Positions 62,557 to 64,000 of a stretch of 64,000 nucleotides of DNA are shown one piece after another. The stretch's first letter is position 1. The number at the start of each line of letters is the position of its first letter. Source of the DNA: Nitrospirales bacterium (lineage in GTDB: Bacteria > Nitrospirota > Nitrospiria > Nitrospirales > UBA8639); assembly GCA_965223295.1 (NCBI GenBank), contig CBDCWC010000003.1, positions 928,001 to 992,000 of the forward strand. The letters are read 5' to 3'. The translations under genes were made by a program, and so were the position numbers. The notes below the pieces were generated by a model, which worked only from the letters and a program-made list of their open reading frames with translations, had not been told where the DNA came from and searched no databases.

Positions 62557-64000
62557 CCAATCTCCGCTGTCGCTGTTCCACGGGCTAACACTTCCCGCCG
62601 CCCATCACGACCCGGGGCGCTCACCAAACCTTCTTCTTCCATTTGTTCAATCATTCGAGCCGCCCGAGGGTAACCGACGCGAAGGCGTCGCTGAATAAAA
62701 GACGCCGAAGCTTGCCCTGTTGTCATAATTAATTCTCGAGCTCGTTCATAGGTCTCATCTGCCGCTTGATCCTCTGATGCAGATTCCTGTACTGCGGCTA
62801 CGGCGGCCTGATCATAGACCGGAGATGCCTGCGCCTTCACCCACTCCACGACATTTCGGACTTCTTCATCCGAAACATATGGCCCATGCAGTCGTACAAT
62901 CCGTCCCGTTCCAGAGGCTAAGAAGAGCATATCACCTTTTCCTAATAAACTCTCGGCTCCATTGGCATCTAAAATGGTTCGCGAATCTATTTTGGAGGAT
63001 ACTTGGTAGGCAACTCGCGCCGGAAAGTTGGCCTTGATGATCCCCGTCACCACGTCCACCGAAGGCCGTTGCGTGGCTAGAATCAAGTGAATGCCCGAAG
63101 CTCTCGCCATCTGCGCCAGTCGAGCGATACGATCTTCAATATCTTTGGGGGCCACCATCATCAAATCTGCAAATTCATCAATCACGACCACGATATAGGG
63201 TAGCCTGGTGCGTTCTTCAATCGGAATTTCTAATTCAGGCGGATCATCCACATCCATCGACTGGCCTTTGCTCAACTTCTTTTTGCTTCGTCCTGCCGAT
63301 GGGGCCTCTTGCAACTCAGCGACTTTCCGATTATAGGCATCAATATTCCGTACTCCCACTTCAGCCAACACCCGGTAACGCCGCTCCATTTCCTGAACCA
63401 CCCAACTCAATCCTCTGGCGGCCTCCTTTGGATTCGTAATCACCGGACGAATCAGGTGAGGAATACCATCGTACACTTGCAACTCTAAGACTTTGGGATC
63501 GACCAACAGAAGTTTTACTTCATCGGGATGCGCGGTAAACAAAATATTTAACAGCAGACAATTTAACCCCACACTCTTTCCTGAGCCTGTGGCTCCCGCC
63601 AAGAGCAGGTGAGGCATCGTGCGCAAGTCGGTCACCACCGGCCGTCCATAAATATCTTTCCCCAAAGCTAGCGCCAATTTTGACCGGGCTTTCCCAAACG
63701 CCTCTGAGGTCAACATATCTTTCAAGCCGACAGTCTCCCGCTGAGGATTGGGCACTTCAATACCCACTGTCGATTTATTAGGCAAAGGTGCGACAACACG
63801 AACCTTCAGCGCCTTCAGAGCCATCGCTAAATCATCTGACAAGGTAACAATGCGTGCCACCTTAATCCCGGGTCCTGGCGCAAATTCATACATCGTAATC
63901 ACTGGACCAGGATGCACATCGGTGACGCTGCCTTCAATTCCAAAACTACTCAGCGTCTGCACCAAAATTTCTGATTGTGATTTCAGCACTGAATCGGTCT
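62553..64000 (-). CDS. ftsK: DNA translocase FtsK (5' end outside the window)
   Basis: GATGSGKS, IDEFAD, ATQRPS, gamma domain QRRLRVGYPRAAR. Confidence 0.96.
   Translation of the reverse strand, partial: TDSVLKSQSEILVQTLSSFGIEGSVTDVHPGPVITMYEFAPGPGIKVARIVTLSDDLAMALKALKVRVVAPLPNKSTVGIEVPNPQRETVGLKDMLTSEAFGKARSKLALALGKDIYGRPVVTDLRTMPHLLLAGATGSGKSVGLNCLLLNILFTAHPDEVKLLLVDPKVLELQVYDGIPHLIRPVITNPKEAARGLSWVVQEMERRYRVLAEVGVRNIDAYNRKVAELQEAPSAGRSKKKLSKGQSMDVDDPPELEIPIEERTRLPYIVVVIDEFADLMMVAPKDIEDRIARLAQMARASGIHLILATQRPSVDVVTGIIKANFPARVAYQVSSKIDSRTILDANGAESLLGKGDMLFLASGTGRIVRLHGPYVSDEEVRNVVEWVKAQASPVYDQAAVAAVQESASEDQAADETYERARELIMTTGQASASFIQRRLRVGYPRAARMIEQMEEEGLVSAPGRDGRREVLARGTATAEIG

Noticed and set aside
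1-64000. CRISPR array, integron attC array, rRNA or tRNA genes
   Set aside because: Repeats are dispersed rather than regularly spaced; no cas or integrase genes and no recognisable RNA gene motifs were seen by eye

Overview
Chromosomal window most consistent with a chemolithoautotrophic Nitrospirota (Nitrospira-like) bacterium; this is inferred from gene content and the repeat families. The core content is a reductive TCA carbon-fixation set: aclBA-acnA-frdBA-like-sucCD, a five-subunit 2-oxoacid:ferredoxin oxidoreductase operon and a separate monomeric isocitrate dehydrogenase. Also present are fbp, ppk2, a two-gene Rieske/cytochrome b-c complex, a minor type IV pilin cluster and housekeeping genes (recQ, cysS, rlmB, surE, thrH, lolA, partial ftsK). 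The accessory layer has five main elements. (1) Two directly repeated 3' remnants of an IS91/ISCR rolling-circle element, each a transposase C-terminus plus an oriIS-like end, bracket AT-rich cargo. (2) There are two IS3-family elements, one splitting a lipoprotein alpha/beta hydrolase gene with a TTTT target duplication. (3) A ~190 bp nested MITE family carries 5-6 bp target duplications; two copies sit at gene 5' ends and provide in-frame alternative starts. (4) There is a second MITE family and a set of REP-like doublets. (5) A chemotaxis/flagellar island and a parE toxin gene are decayed. No rRNA, tRNA or CRISPR array was seen.
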